Shown: positions 38,515 through 48,103, numbered from the stretch's first letter. The stretch: 64,000 nt of DNA from a virus (IMGVR_UViG_3300045988_098562:19484-83483), one strand, 5' to 3'. A program made the numbers and translations. The notes: a model not told the origin generated them from the sequence alone.

Positions 38515-40215
38515 TTATTTTTTGTCATCTCCTTTTAGCTTCTTTAAAGTATCTGCAATCGGAAGCTGATCAATGACTCCCAATGCCGGAGCGACGGTCT
38601 TGACAACATTGTTAAGGAAATTACCGGTACTGTTCTGACCGCCGTCAAATACTGTGATATTTCCGAGGTTAATGTGCTCAAATGCCTTAACCTGTTCTCC
38701 GGCAATTTCTTTCCACTGATTAACCATCTTGTGCTGGATGGCGATCTGAGGATTGGATTCTGCTGCTTCCACCATGGCCTTAAATCCGTCGGCTTCTGCC
38801 ATCAACGATTTTTTCTTACCTTCGGCTTCTGCCTCCAGCTTCATCTGAATAGCTTTTGCCTCCGCCTCAGCTTTTGCCAAATGTGCTGCTGCTTCTGCCT
38901 CAGCCCGGCGTTTGATCTTCTCTGCCTCAGCATCAGCTTGCAAGATAGCCTCTTCCTTCTGGGTTTCAGCCGGCACAATCTTTTCAGCCTTAAGCGCAGC
39001 CTGAACTTTCTTAGCCTTAGCTTCTTCCACTTCTTTGTCGGCAAGCTCTTTTGCTGTTTTTACAGCCGCTTCCGATTTAACTTTTTCTTCTCCGGCCTTC
39101 TTCTCTGATTGAGCTTTGATGATCTGTAGTTCTGATACTGATACAGCAACCTCCTTCTGGGCATTGTTGTATCCTATAGACGCATTTTTCTCAGCCTCAG
39201 CCTTCTTAATCTGAGCTTCAGAGTCTTGTATTGCTATAGCTGCTTCCTTGTCAGCTTCAGCCTTATTCTTTCCGACTTCTTCCATTCTTTCAGCCTCGGC
39301 TTTATTTACTTCAAGTTCTGCCTTAGATCTTACGATCGCCGATTCCTTGTCGGTTAAAGTTTTTGCGATAACCGCAGCCCTGTCTCTATCTGCTTGAGCT
39401 ACACCGATCTGTTTCTCTTTATCGGTTAAAGCTAAAGCTATTTCTTTTTCTTTCTTCGTTTCAGCTACTATCGTTTCCTTTTCTTTTTCAGTACAAGCAA
39501 TTTGAATCTCTTGCTCTTTTTTGGTATTAGCCACAGCCGTTTCTTTCTCCTTCTGCTGTACAGCAATCTTAATAGCACCCAGCTTCTCCTGTTCTTCGAT
39601 ATTAGCCTGTGCCTCGTTCAGAGCCCTACTTTCAGCCTCCTTACCAAGGTTCATAATATAACCGGCTTCGTCTCTGATGTCACTGATGTTGATGTTCAGG
39701 AGGTAAAGACCTAACTTGTTAAGCTCGTTATCAATGTTCTTTCTTGCCTTATCCAAAAACTCATCCCTGTCAGAATTAAGTTTTTCGATTGTCATTTCAG
39801 CAATAATCAAACGCATCTGACCGTAAACGATGTCCGTAATAAGATTTTCAGTAGATTCGGTATCCATCCCCAAAAGTCTTTCTGCCGCATTTTGCATGAT
39901 TTCGGGATTTGTACTGATAGCTACTGTAATGGTCGTAGGTACATCTACTCTAATATTCTGAGATGACAAAGCACCTGTAAGCTTGCAATCTATTTGCATA
40001 GGCTCCATTGACAAAACATCATAGCTTTGAATAATAGGCAAGACAAATGCCGCTCCACCATGATATAATTTCGCCGATTTCTTTTCCCCACCTGTCTTAC
40101 CGTAAACGACCAAGACCTGATTAGGTTTACATCTACGATACCTTGATAAGACTCCGATGATTGTCAAAATAATCACTACAGCTAAGATAGCTGACACGTA
40201 CATGATTGTTGTCAT
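38515..40215 (-). CDS. floT: flotillin (SPFH/band-7 domain protein, FloT/YqiK-like) with EA-repeat coiled coil
   Basis: N-terminal TM (VSAILAVVIILTIIGVL), SPFH core, long Ala/Glu/Lys-rich EA-repeat region, C-terminal ITVFDGG segment; 566 aa typical of bacterial flotillins. Confidence 0.85.
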   Translation of the reverse strand: MTTIMYVSAILAVVIILTIIGVLSRYRRCKPNQVLVVYGKTGGEKKSAKLYHGGAAFVLPIIQSYDVLSMEPMQIDCKLTGALSSQNIRVDVPTTITVAISTNPEIMQNAAERLLGMDTESTENLITDIVYGQMRLIIAEMTIEKLNSDRDEFLDKARKNIDNELNKLGLYLLNINISDIRDEAGYIMNLGKEAESRALNEAQANIEEQEKLGAIKIAVQQKEKETAVANTKKEQEIQIACTEKEKETIVAETKKEKEIALALTDKEKQIGVAQADRDRAAVIAKTLTDKESAIVRSKAELEVNKAEAERMEEVGKNKAEADKEAAIAIQDSEAQIKKAEAEKNASIGYNNAQKEVAVSVSELQIIKAQSEKKAGEEKVKSEAAVKTAKELADKEVEEAKAKKVQAALKAEKIVPAETQKEEAILQADAEAEKIKRRAEAEAAAHLAKAEAEAKAIQMKLEAEAEGKKKSLMAEADGFKAMVEAAESNPQIAIQHKMVNQWKEIAGEQVKAFEHINLGNITVFDGGQNSTGNFLNNVVKTVAPALGVIDQLPIADTLKKLKGDDKK

Positions 40216-40246
40216 AACTTTTAAAATTTAATTGTTGATGAAAAAA

Positions 40247-40741
40247 TTAGATACTTAATTCTCCTTCTTCATATTTTATATTCACCTTGTCACCGTTTTT
40301 GTAAGTTTTTCCAGACAAGCATCTTACTCTCATTTGCTCCTGTCTTCCATTTTTCGAAATATTTACCATATAATGATTCTTCCCTGATCTAAACACTATC
40401 TCCACCTCTCGGCCATTTAAATCTTCCGGACATTCGTACACCATTTCTTGCTTTAACTTAAGAAGTAACTTATATACGTAAAACAAAACGATAAAGAAAA
40501 GCGATCCTATCACAACCCCTACTAAATGGGAACCCGAAAAGTAGGTAGTCCAGCTATATCCAAGAATAAAATGTGTTATGCCCTTGAATGATATGATGTC
40601 CGACAAAGACATGCTTAAATCAGAAGCACTGTCAATGTCAATATCCGTATCCAGATCAGATCCTAATATCGACAACAAAAACTGTATAACAAAAGCAAAT
40701 GACGCTATTAAAGCCATGCATAAAATTATGTCACTTCCCAT
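40247..40741 (-). CDS. nfeD: NfeD-like membrane protein (short form, YuaF-like) partner of flotillin
   Basis: Multiple N-terminal TM helices then C-terminal beta-rich OB-like domain (GREVEIVFRSG...GDKVNIKYEEGELSI); located directly upstream of flotillin as in nfeD-floT operons. Confidence 0.7.
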   Translation of the reverse strand: MGSDIILCMALIASFAFVIQFLLSILGSDLDTDIDIDSASDLSMSLSDIISFKGITHFILGYSWTTYFSGSHLVGVVIGSLFFIVLFYVYKLLLKLKQEMVYECPEDLNGREVEIVFRSGKNHYMVNISKNGRQEQMRVRCLSGKTYKNGDKVNIKYEEGELSI

Positions 40742-40982
40742 ATCCTTCTGTTATTATTTTGTAAACAAGATCAGTCATATCTTTGATGGTCTCCATATCA
40801 TAATCAATAATAACAATATTGAATTTTTGTTCCACCATCACATCAAGCTCAATCCGATCAACAGAATCTAATCCAAGTTCTTTAAACGACACATCTTCTT
40901 CATGAACTATATCTATTTCCGAATTAAGAAACTGAGTAATAATTATATCCTCTATTATCTTTCTGATTCTTACTTTTTCCAT
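40731..40982 (-). CDS. acpP: acyl carrier protein
   Basis: 83 aa acidic protein with LGLDSVDRIELDVMVEQKF (phosphopantetheine-attachment DS[LV]D motif, helix II) and C-terminal DLVYKI; overlaps NfeD start by 11 nt. Confidence 0.7.
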   Translation of the reverse strand: MEKVRIRKIIEDIIITQFLNSEIDIVHEEDVSFKELGLDSVDRIELDVMVEQKFNIVIIDYDMETIKDMTDLVYKIITEGYGK

Positions 40983-41683
40983 TGCTTTCTAATTTTGTTA
41001 AATAAGTATGTTTTTATGTTTTTCAATCTCTCTTTGTCTGTTTCAGAACTTCCGGTAAATAAATAATCCGGATTGCCTTTAGCCGGCGGCGTAGGCAATT
41101 TAGATACGGCAAACAACCAATCCATTTCCTTATTCTTCTTAGGCTCCAAATAAGGCTCGGTAGCGATCTTAAATTTTTCAGCTATTAAGTCAAAGAGCTT
41201 TGAGTTTTTAAGGTTCATATGGACTGAAAAAGCCTGAGAAGGCGGTTTCCATATGAAGTTACATAAGCTCATTGTGCAATCTCCTGACTCTGCTATATAA
41301 GATTCCGTTACTTGAAGTATGACCTCTTTCTTAAATGAAGTATTACCCATAAACCAACACAATCTGGATTCCGCTTCTTTTCTGCTGACACCTATGTCTT
41401 TTGAATATGATTCGTACATTCCTATCATAATCTTCAACGTTTCCAGAACCTCGTCTGTCATTTCCGGTGTCTCTATATAATTCACAAAAGACGTTCCTTT
41501 GTTGGTCAATCTCATCACGCCTGATTTTAATTTCTCAACCAGGCCAAGCTCTATATATCTACCAGCATCTTCTTCCTGCATGGCTTCGATCATAACCGAA
41601 TCCTTCTGTCTTATGGCAAGAAGATTAGCGAGATCATTAGGAGTCATGTCTGATGCTGTAAGTTGTCTGAAATTGATGTACAT
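40970..41683 (-). CDS. hypothetical protein (237 aa) co-operonic with ACP
   Basis: Overlaps ACP start by 13 nt; no clear motif (SRKEAES resembles PPTase W/FSxKEA but the upstream GxD motif is missing). Confidence 0.55.
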   Translation of the reverse strand: MYINFRQLTASDMTPNDLANLLAIRQKDSVMIEAMQEEDAGRYIELGLVEKLKSGVMRLTNKGTSFVNYIETPEMTDEVLETLKIMIGMYESYSKDIGVSRKEAESRLCWFMGNTSFKKEVILQVTESYIAESGDCTMSLCNFIWKPPSQAFSVHMNLKNSKLFDLIAEKFKIATEPYLEPKKNKEMDWLFAVSKLPTPPAKGNPDYLFTGSSETDKERLKNIKTYLFNKIRKQWKK

Positions 41684-41685
41684 TC

Positions 41686-41892
41686 CTAATCAGCTTTAAT
41701 GAAAATAACATCTCTATTATCCTCCCTCTCCGCGTGACTACACGGACCTGCAATCACATGCACTGCCCCGCATGTAAAGTAATTGAATATACATCCTTCA
41801 CATCCTGCATTTGGCGCCGTAGGTTCCACACATTTTAATCTCACAAGTCCGGCATCAAACACTTCTCCTACTTTAAATTCCTTCTTTTCCAT
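41686..41892 (-). CDS. small Cys-rich protein (68 aa; C-x8-C-x2-C-x7-C-x9-C)
   Basis: First gene of the five-gene operon; five Cys, possible metal site. Confidence 0.5.
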   Translation of the reverse strand: MEKKEFKVGEVFDAGLVRLKCVEPTAPNAGCEGCIFNYFTCGAVHVIAGPCSHAEREDNRDVIFIKAD

Positions 41893-41907
41893 ATTTCCTC
41901 CTTGTTT

Positions 41908-42510
41908 TTAACTGTTGTACCCTTCTTTGATAATCGAATTTCTACCGGTAGACACCGACTGACGGAGATCATCATGTACAGAATCTACCGTAGAATACTT
42001 GTTTCTGGTTGTAAAAATAACTTCCAGCATCTCCTTGTAATCACCTAAAGCCACTTCGTATCTTGGATCCACTTTGGCTTTTCTTTCAGCCTCGGCATTA
42101 CTTTTAGCCAGCTCTCGGTCGAGAAGGTCTTCTTTGATCCGGTCAGCAATCATATCAAGTTCTTTTTTAATAACTTCTCCTGCTGCCCGAAGTTGACCTT
42201 CTACGTCACCAAGCTGGTCTTGGACGGTACCTATTTCTTTCTTTAGACGATCGTATTCGTTAATCATACCCATATCACCTGCATAGCCGGAAAAGTCCTT
42301 GATTATTCTGGTTCCTTCTTTAAGGAGCTCAATGACTCGTCTTTTGCGTTCTCTGCTTATTAAAGACGGAAGACGATAATTCATATCCGCTACTGCTTTA
42401 TCATGTATGGAGTTGATTAAAAACATCTCTCTTTCATCCCCTGCGAACTCAGTAAGAACCAAAAGGAACTTACTTATCAGGTATTCGTTTTCTTCTACGG
42501 TAAGTCTCAT
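41908..42510 (-). CDS. hypothetical coiled-coil protein (200 aa)
   Basis: ORF track. Confidence 0.55.
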   Translation of the reverse strand: MRLTVEENEYLISKFLLVLTEFAGDEREMFLINSIHDKAVADMNYRLPSLISRERKRRVIELLKEGTRIIKDFSGYAGDMGMINEYDRLKKEIGTVQDQLGDVEGQLRAAGEVIKKELDMIADRIKEDLLDRELAKSNAEAERKAKVDPRYEVALGDYKEMLEVIFTTRNKYSTVDSVHDDLRQSVSTGRNSIIKEGYNS

Positions 42511-42523
42511 ACGTTTCTTTTTT

Positions 42524-43657
42524 TTAATATACTGACTGTTCTTCCTTTACCTCTTGTTCTTGATCTTGATTGTTCGTAACGTCTTCCACAGTATAGAGCT
42601 TGGGCGGCGTCGGCGGCTGGTTGGGGTTCACGAACTTCGTCCCTCCCTCCCCGTACATCCATCCATGCCCCGGCAGGATCTCTGGGTGGATTGTATTAGT
42701 AAGCTCTTCCATACTAACTTGCCTTACCTTCAGTATATGATGAAACACCAGTCCGGCTGTCCTGAATGATGTTTTGTTTTCAGTTTTAAACCGGTCAAGA
42801 GTCTGATACCAGTCTTTCCCAAATATCATATACTTGTCCAGCCCGTATCTGCGAGGATTATGCAAACCTATCATTAACGTACATAGTTGCCCCAGCGTAT
42901 CAGACTGATAAAAGTCAGAAAGACGGGGAGGCTGCTCTTGAGGGCTTTTTATCCTTCCTTCTATCTCTCTGTTGAATTGGGATATGATGAGGAAAAATAT
43001 GTTTTTATATACTAATTTAGCCTCGTTCATAACCGCCACCAAATCATCTATAGCCGACTTAGGATCTAATCCCATTCTTTTTATCAAAGCAATATGATCG
43101 ACTTTAAATATTATAAGACGTTTGTCTTTGTGTTTGGTAGCTATATGATACACAGCCGCCTCAAACTCTTTTACCGTACACGGAGCATCGATGTATATTA
43201 TATTATTTCTAATTTCACCTTGAAGGATTTCAAACATCCTCATCTCTTCTACTGTATTAGAATCTTGCCTTCTTAATATTTCAGGAGCCCGTTTTTTCAT
43301 ATCCTGGCTCATTCTGCGAAGAAGAAGATCTTGAGGATTCATTTCGAACTCGCAATTGACAAGAAAATAATCTTCTGCTTGCGGGTTGATCATCGGATTC
43401 ATCACATTTTCCAATATCTTTTGGGCCACATACGATTTACCCACAGATGGCCGAGCTCCTATGGCAATAGCATGCTGAGGGAAAATACCTCCAAGCAAAG
43501 CCTCATCAATATAATCGTATCCGGTTTTAGCGGGGATAAGCTCTCCCCGCCTGTATTTCAAGATATTCTCATACGCCTCTTCCATAACTTGTTTAGAGGT
43601 CTTGAATATCCTTCTTATATCTATCCTATTTGCTATCTCCTCTTGCATTTTTGTCAC
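42524..43657 (-). CDS. DnaB-like replicative DNA helicase (RecA-fold ATPase domain)
   Basis: DYIDEALLGGIFPQHAIAIGARPSVGKS (DnaB-type Walker A context). Confidence 0.7.
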   Translation of the reverse strand: MTKMQEEIANRIDIRRIFKTSKQVMEEAYENILKYRRGELIPAKTGYDYIDEALLGGIFPQHAIAIGARPSVGKSYVAQKILENVMNPMINPQAEDYFLVNCEFEMNPQDLLLRRMSQDMKKRAPEILRRQDSNTVEEMRMFEILQGEIRNNIIYIDAPCTVKEFEAAVYHIATKHKDKRLIIFKVDHIALIKRMGLDPKSAIDDLVAVMNEAKLVYKNIFFLIISQFNREIEGRIKSPQEQPPRLSDFYQSDTLGQLCTLMIGLHNPRRYGLDKYMIFGKDWYQTLDRFKTENKTSFRTAGLVFHHILKVRQVSMEELTNTIHPEILPGHGWMYGEGGTKFVNPNQPPTPPKLYTVEDVTNNQDQEQEVKEEQSVY

Positions 43658-43904
43658 CTTTCGTATCCGATTTGGAACCCCTATTAGCTTTTACTGATTT
43701 ATACCTAAGACCGTTCTTGGTATGAGAACAATCCTTGCCTTTCCTCCAGCCCTTGCCCTTCTTCTTGTCCGTTTCGTAGTTTTTACGACCAAGCTCCCGG
43801 CGTTTGGCTTTCTGTTCCGGTCTGGCATTTATCTCCTTGTCCTTTTTAGCCTTTTTCTTCCTGGCTTCTGGATGAGTCCTGTAGTACTCTGTTGATCTGC
43901 CCAT
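43626..43904 (-). CDS. highly basic Lys/Arg-rich small protein (92 aa), possible nucleic-acid binding
   Basis: ORF overlapping DnaB start; >35% K/R. Confidence 0.45.
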   Translation of the reverse strand: MGRSTEYYRTHPEARKKKAKKDKEINARPEQKAKRRELGRKNYETDKKKGKGWRKGKDCSHTKNGLRYKSVKANRGSKSDTKGDKNARGDSK

Positions 43905-43956
43905 GTGCTTATATTTTTTTTGATTAATAATAGCACAAAGATAGGCAATTCGCGCC

Positions 43957-44523
43957 CTATTTCAACCTGCCGTAGCTCATATCAGGATCACACCAGACAT
44001 ACCCATCTTTCTCATCATGGAGATACTCAGGACATCCTCTACATGCGCTACTTCCTGACACTATTTGATTGTTTTTATTAGGGCACTTATCTCCAGGTTT
44101 ATGCCATTCTATTCTCGAACCTGATCGCTCTTTGTTTACATGACAGAATTGAAAGACTTTTCCCATCGTCTTCTCGCCAAACATACCTATATGTGTGTAT
44201 TCTTCCGGTATAGAGAGAAATTCAGATAAATCTTTATACATCCTTTCCCGTTCCTCCGGCGTAGACCATAGTCTGTCAAGTTCGGCATGGACTCTTATCT
44301 TAAGAGATCTCAGTGATGGCCCCGCAAGCCGGCCTTTAGCTTTTCCCTTATTCGGCCCTGATTCATGAACACCGACATAAGCGTTGCATGGTTTACACAT
44401 CATAACCATCCCTAAGCCTTTTCTGCTATATATTTTATCGGCATTTACCAGCTCAGTCTCTCTTCCGCAATAAGGACAAATTTTGCCTCTTAAAACCCGT
44501 TGTTGGCGCTCATTAAGTTCCAT
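43957..44523 (-). CDS. zinc-finger protein (188 aa; CPYCG...CKPC and CRGC clusters)
   Basis: Multiple CxxC pairs. Confidence 0.55.
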   Translation of the reverse strand: MELNERQQRVLRGKICPYCGRETELVNADKIYSRKGLGMVMMCKPCNAYVGVHESGPNKGKAKGRLAGPSLRSLKIRVHAELDRLWSTPEERERMYKDLSEFLSIPEEYTHIGMFGEKTMGKVFQFCHVNKERSGSRIEWHKPGDKCPNKNNQIVSGSSACRGCPEYLHDEKDGYVWCDPDMSYGRLK

Positions 44524-44768
44524 ACCCTATTCTTTTGTTTTTCTTTAAACTTTTCATACAAACTGTTTTCAGTTTCCATTTCCGAGATCTCTACCTCTAC
44601 GTCCTCTCTTTTGAAAATTACTTTCTTGGCTGTCGGATACGCGCATTTAGAGATACGAATAGCATTACGAATAGCGTAAACAAAATACGTTTCTGGTGAC
44701 GATTCGATCACCACTACCTCATTTAAAGTATTTTTATAATTTTCCATGTTGTTATCTACTTGCTTCAA
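44490..44768 (-). CDS. hypothetical protein (92 aa)
   Basis: ORF overlapping neighbours. Confidence 0.45.
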   Translation of the reverse strand: MKQVDNNMENYKNTLNEVVVIESSPETYFVYAIRNAIRISKCAYPTAKKVIFKREDVEVEISEMETENSLYEKFKEKQKNRVWNLMSANNGF

Positions 44769-45105
44769 TTATATAACCCGGATGATCTTCACACGCCTCT
44801 TTGTATTTGATAAGAAACTTAAGAAATGAATCATAAGACCCCCATCCATTTTCTGGCTCGTATTTCAAAAGACTTTTTCTCTTGGAGATCATAATACATA
44901 TACCTTTTGTAAGTACATTCTTCATCTCATTGGTATCTATTTCCCTACCCAATTCTTCTGGTCTCCAAACATAATCGTACAGCGTTTCTTTATTTTCTGA
45001 TACGAATATTCTTTGTGCCATCTTGTTCATGTTGTGGGTGATGTTCGCAACCCATTCACGATCCTCTTCTTTCTTCTTACTTTTAATATAAACGTCCAGG
45101 CTCAT
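44752..45105 (-). CDS. hypothetical protein (117 aa)
   Basis: ORF track. Confidence 0.5.
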   Translation of the reverse strand: MSLDVYIKSKKKEEDREWVANITHNMNKMAQRIFVSENKETLYDYVWRPEELGREIDTNEMKNVLTKGICIMISKRKSLLKYEPENGWGSYDSFLKFLIKYKEACEDHPGYIIEASR

Positions 45106-46096
45106 ACTGTTTTTCTTTTACCTTGTTATTGATTATCAAATCTGCCACATCATCTCCGTCTCCTACATTTTCAACATTTTGAAGATAGTCCGATACTTTT
45201 ATCCTTGACTTCATCATCATCCCATCTATCTTTTTACTCCATGTCTCAAATGCTTGTCCTTTGTCCGGAAAAGCTACAGTCTTTCTATCTTTTAAGACAT
45301 CTATCACTTCCGGCCTTAGATTCCGCAACCCACCGGTAGCTACAAATAACTCATCTGGTTTATTCACAGCGCATATAATAGCCGTCTTTTCTGATTCCAC
45401 CAGATTAACCACCTTATCCGGATACTGGCTTAGAAGATGCTCTCCGAACAGGCATTGTCTAAACAAGAAGTCTCTTGCATGCAACGAGTGATAAAACATA
45501 ACATGAGGCCGCTCATTGTCACCGTCTTTTTCCTTCACTCTTTTTACATCAATCTCATTCCCCTGGCCGTCGGTTTTTATATAAAAGTCCATGATCTTGC
45601 CGGTTCTACATACAAAATCTTTGTCTATCTGCCAGAATATACAACATCCTTTCCATCCCCATAAGTCCATTGTTCCTACATGATACCTCCTGAATACATC
45701 AGACACCCTTTCTTTTCCCCATAGAGACGATAAAAATCTAAATACAGTATTTCTATCATCTGGAACCACAGTCCTCTCAAACTCGCTAAAAGGTATGTAA
45801 TTTACAACATCAGGATTTACAGGAGGGCGATAAGCTCTTATACACTTATTCCCAGAAATCCAAAGATCTTTGTCGCCCACATCCTTACCAGTAGGTCGTT
45901 TATCGTAACCGCAAGTCCGTTCATGATCGCATCTTCCGAACTCGTTGCCAACAACCTGACCTGTTGCCACATCAATATAAGGAGTGAGGCACCGGCTTTT
46001 CCCGCAAGCCGGGCAGGTCAGCTTTAGTCGGCTCCTGCCAGGCCTGCGGTCAAGTTGAAACCGGGGTACGTTTTCGTATCTTCTAAAATCAAGCAT
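45083..46096 (-). CDS. putative DNA primase (N-terminal zinc ribbon CPACG...C.HERTC, C-terminal TOPRIM-like region)
   Basis: Zinc-ribbon plus acidic ESEKTAI/FPDKGQ segment; adjacent to DnaB-like helicase; TOPRIM assignment tentative. Confidence 0.45.
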   Translation of the reverse strand: MLDFRRYENVPRFQLDRRPGRSRLKLTCPACGKSRCLTPYIDVATGQVVGNEFGRCDHERTCGYDKRPTGKDVGDKDLWISGNKCIRAYRPPVNPDVVNYIPFSEFERTVVPDDRNTVFRFLSSLWGKERVSDVFRRYHVGTMDLWGWKGCCIFWQIDKDFVCRTGKIMDFYIKTDGQGNEIDVKRVKEKDGDNERPHVMFYHSLHARDFLFRQCLFGEHLLSQYPDKVVNLVESEKTAIICAVNKPDELFVATGGLRNLRPEVIDVLKDRKTVAFPDKGQAFETWSKKIDGMMMKSRIKVSDYLQNVENVGDGDDVADLIINNKVKEKQYEPGRLY

Positions 46097-46105
46097 AATG
46101 CTTAT

Positions 46106-47422
46106 TTATATTACAAATCTTTTAGACATTTCCTCAGCAATATCATATACGACAATATGATCCTCTTCATTGTAAGGCTTATTGATATTCAGCACTCCTT
46201 TTCTCACTTTGAACTTCTTATCTTTTCTAAGGTGATTCAACATACCTTGTTGGAACACGCAGTCCGCCTTTTCAAGTGCTATACTGTCTTCTGTCCATTC
46301 TTTCAACGTATATCCTTTGCTGCTCGTGCTTTTTGGAGAAAAGTTCATAATACGTGCATCAATCCCATACCATGCTTTAACCATTCTTCTTTCAGCTTCT
46401 AATTGAAATGCGTATGATTCCCATATTCCCCCTGATTTAAAGTCGAGAATAACCACTTCTTCCTTCTCCACGTCTCTTACCTCCTTCTTCGGATCACCTT
46501 TTTTGAACTGCCCTGTGGCCCTTTGATACACGGCTCCAAAATAACCTTCTTCTTTGTATTTGAATGTCATTTTAACCATCGCATCTATCGGCGTAGCTAC
46601 CAAATAGTCCTCTAATGACAATATTCTTTCAATCATCATCGGCTTAACCTTATACTCCGAACAAAATTTGGCAAACTTCATAACTCTGACAATCATATCG
46701 TCAAGATCATCTATGCTGTTAAAGAATCGGTCAAGATTTTTCTTCGATATCTTCAGCTTACCTTCTTGTACGGTCTTAACTATAAAACTTCGATTTAAGA
46801 CCATATCTCTACCTGTTAGGTACAATCCGTATAGGTAGTGCATGATCGTTCCCTTATCGGCTTCATACTGCGCTATCTCTTCTGGATTGCGACCAAGCAT
46901 CTTTATCTCTTGCTTCCATTCCTGAAGTGCTGTCTTATCATCTACATATCCGTCTTTGATTAAGGTTGTTACCGAAGCATATATCTTGGCTGTCCCATCA
47001 TCCATCTTCCTTACATAAAAACGATTGTCGTCTAATGTCAATCTTACGAATTTGGGAGTCTCAATCTTCTTTAACTCATCACAGATATAAAACGGTTCTA
47101 ACGTTTCCTGATTTTCTGTAAACGGATTCGAATCCTCTTCTCCAGGGTTAGGAGCGGCTTCCTCCGCCGGAGCTTCCGGTTCCTCCTTCTGGGCCTGCTC
47201 TGTCTCAGGCGCCGGCTCTTCAACTACTGGAGCCTGTCCGCCTCTTTCTGCTATGTCTCTGTTCTTTATTAAAGACATAACCTCCTTCTTCAACTGCTCT
47301 GGTGTTTGGTTAGGATCTGACACCGACATCACAACATCGTTCATTCTAAACAACGTATTTCCTTCTCCTTCCACCATAGGGACAAACCCTAAATCTGTCA
47401 ATATTTTTATTTTCTCTTTCAT
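46106..47422 (-). CDS. hypothetical protein (438 aa) with acidic Pro/Glu-rich linker; possible PD-(D/E)xK nuclease core (VVILDFKSG)
   Basis: ORF track; D-F-K motif after beta-strand-like segment; weak. Confidence 0.5.
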   Translation of the reverse strand: MKEKIKILTDLGFVPMVEGEGNTLFRMNDVVMSVSDPNQTPEQLKKEVMSLIKNRDIAERGGQAPVVEEPAPETEQAQKEEPEAPAEEAAPNPGEEDSNPFTENQETLEPFYICDELKKIETPKFVRLTLDDNRFYVRKMDDGTAKIYASVTTLIKDGYVDDKTALQEWKQEIKMLGRNPEEIAQYEADKGTIMHYLYGLYLTGRDMVLNRSFIVKTVQEGKLKISKKNLDRFFNSIDDLDDMIVRVMKFAKFCSEYKVKPMMIERILSLEDYLVATPIDAMVKMTFKYKEEGYFGAVYQRATGQFKKGDPKKEVRDVEKEEVVILDFKSGGIWESYAFQLEAERRMVKAWYGIDARIMNFSPKSTSSKGYTLKEWTEDSIALEKADCVFQQGMLNHLRKDKKFKVRKGVLNINKPYNEEDHIVVYDIAEEMSKRFVI

Positions 47423-47604
47423 GATCTTCCTCTAATCAATTCTTCTTTAATACAATGTAACACTGTTTCCACTTCATCTTTATCTCTATCTTTCACTGCG
47501 ATAGCTATATCCTTGCCATAACTCTCTCTTTTTATGTGCGCATAAAAGATAGTTTCATCGTCAGCTTCTATTCTTATTTTATAAAGTTTTCTCATATCTA
47601 TCAA
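47419..47604 (-). CDS. hypothetical small protein (61 aa)
   Basis: ATGA-coupled. Confidence 0.4.
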   Translation of the reverse strand: MIDMRKLYKIRIEADDETIFYAHIKRESYGKDIAIAVKDRDKDEVETVLHCIKEELIRGRS

Positions 47605-48103
47605 TTATTTCAATAATTAATCTACCTCTTTCTTTAATCATTCCCCTGCTTTCCATATCCAGCACCTTCTTTACCGCATACTTCCACACAAAAGGAAATT
47701 CTGTTTCAAGTTTATCAAATTCCATCCGGTCAAGATACATGTCGAATACCGTATGCTCTGATTCATGAAGGAAAACTATATTATCCCTGCAAGTGGCAAC
47801 CGACTTATATAACCTTTTCGGAAGTATGTGACAGACGTTACATACTGTAGGAAAATGAATAGCTTTACCAGTCATAGACATTCGAATAGTACTCAACTCC
47901 TCCAACATAAGACGAAAAAACCCGGATAAATCCGGGTTCTCTAACTTTTTCTTCTTGCTGCTGTTTTTAATGGATGTAATTCTGTTTTTTTTCTTCGGAG
48001 TCAACTCTTTGCTCCTGCAAGCCTGGCATAAGCCATGACTTCTTATCATCACTTTTCGTCCACATCGTTCGCAGACGTATAGCTTCTTTTCCTTGCTTTC
48101 CAT
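47579..48103 (-). CDS. zinc-ribbon protein (174 aa; CERCGRK...CQAC)
   Basis: Two CxxC pairs at N-terminus. Confidence 0.5.
   Translation of the reverse strand: MESKEKKLYVCERCGRKVMIRSHGLCQACRSKELTPKKKNRITSIKNSSKKKKLENPDLSGFFRLMLEELSTIRMSMTGKAIHFPTVCNVCHILPKRLYKSVATCRDNIVFLHESEHTVFDMYLDRMEFDKLETEFPFVWKYAVKKVLDMESRGMIKERGRLIIEIIDRYEKTL

Noticed and set aside
38674-39714. ORFs 38674..39108 (+), 38841..39044 (-) and 39502..39714 (+) within the flotillin gene
   Set aside because: They arise from the repetitive GAA/GCT-rich EA-repeat coding region. The flotillin frame is clearly the real one.
40970-41683. 237-aa protein upstream of the ACP as a phosphopantetheinyl transferase
   Set aside because: Only a weak SRKEAES resemblance to the PPTase WSxKEA motif. 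The required upstream G-x-D-x-E motif at the proper spacing is absent.
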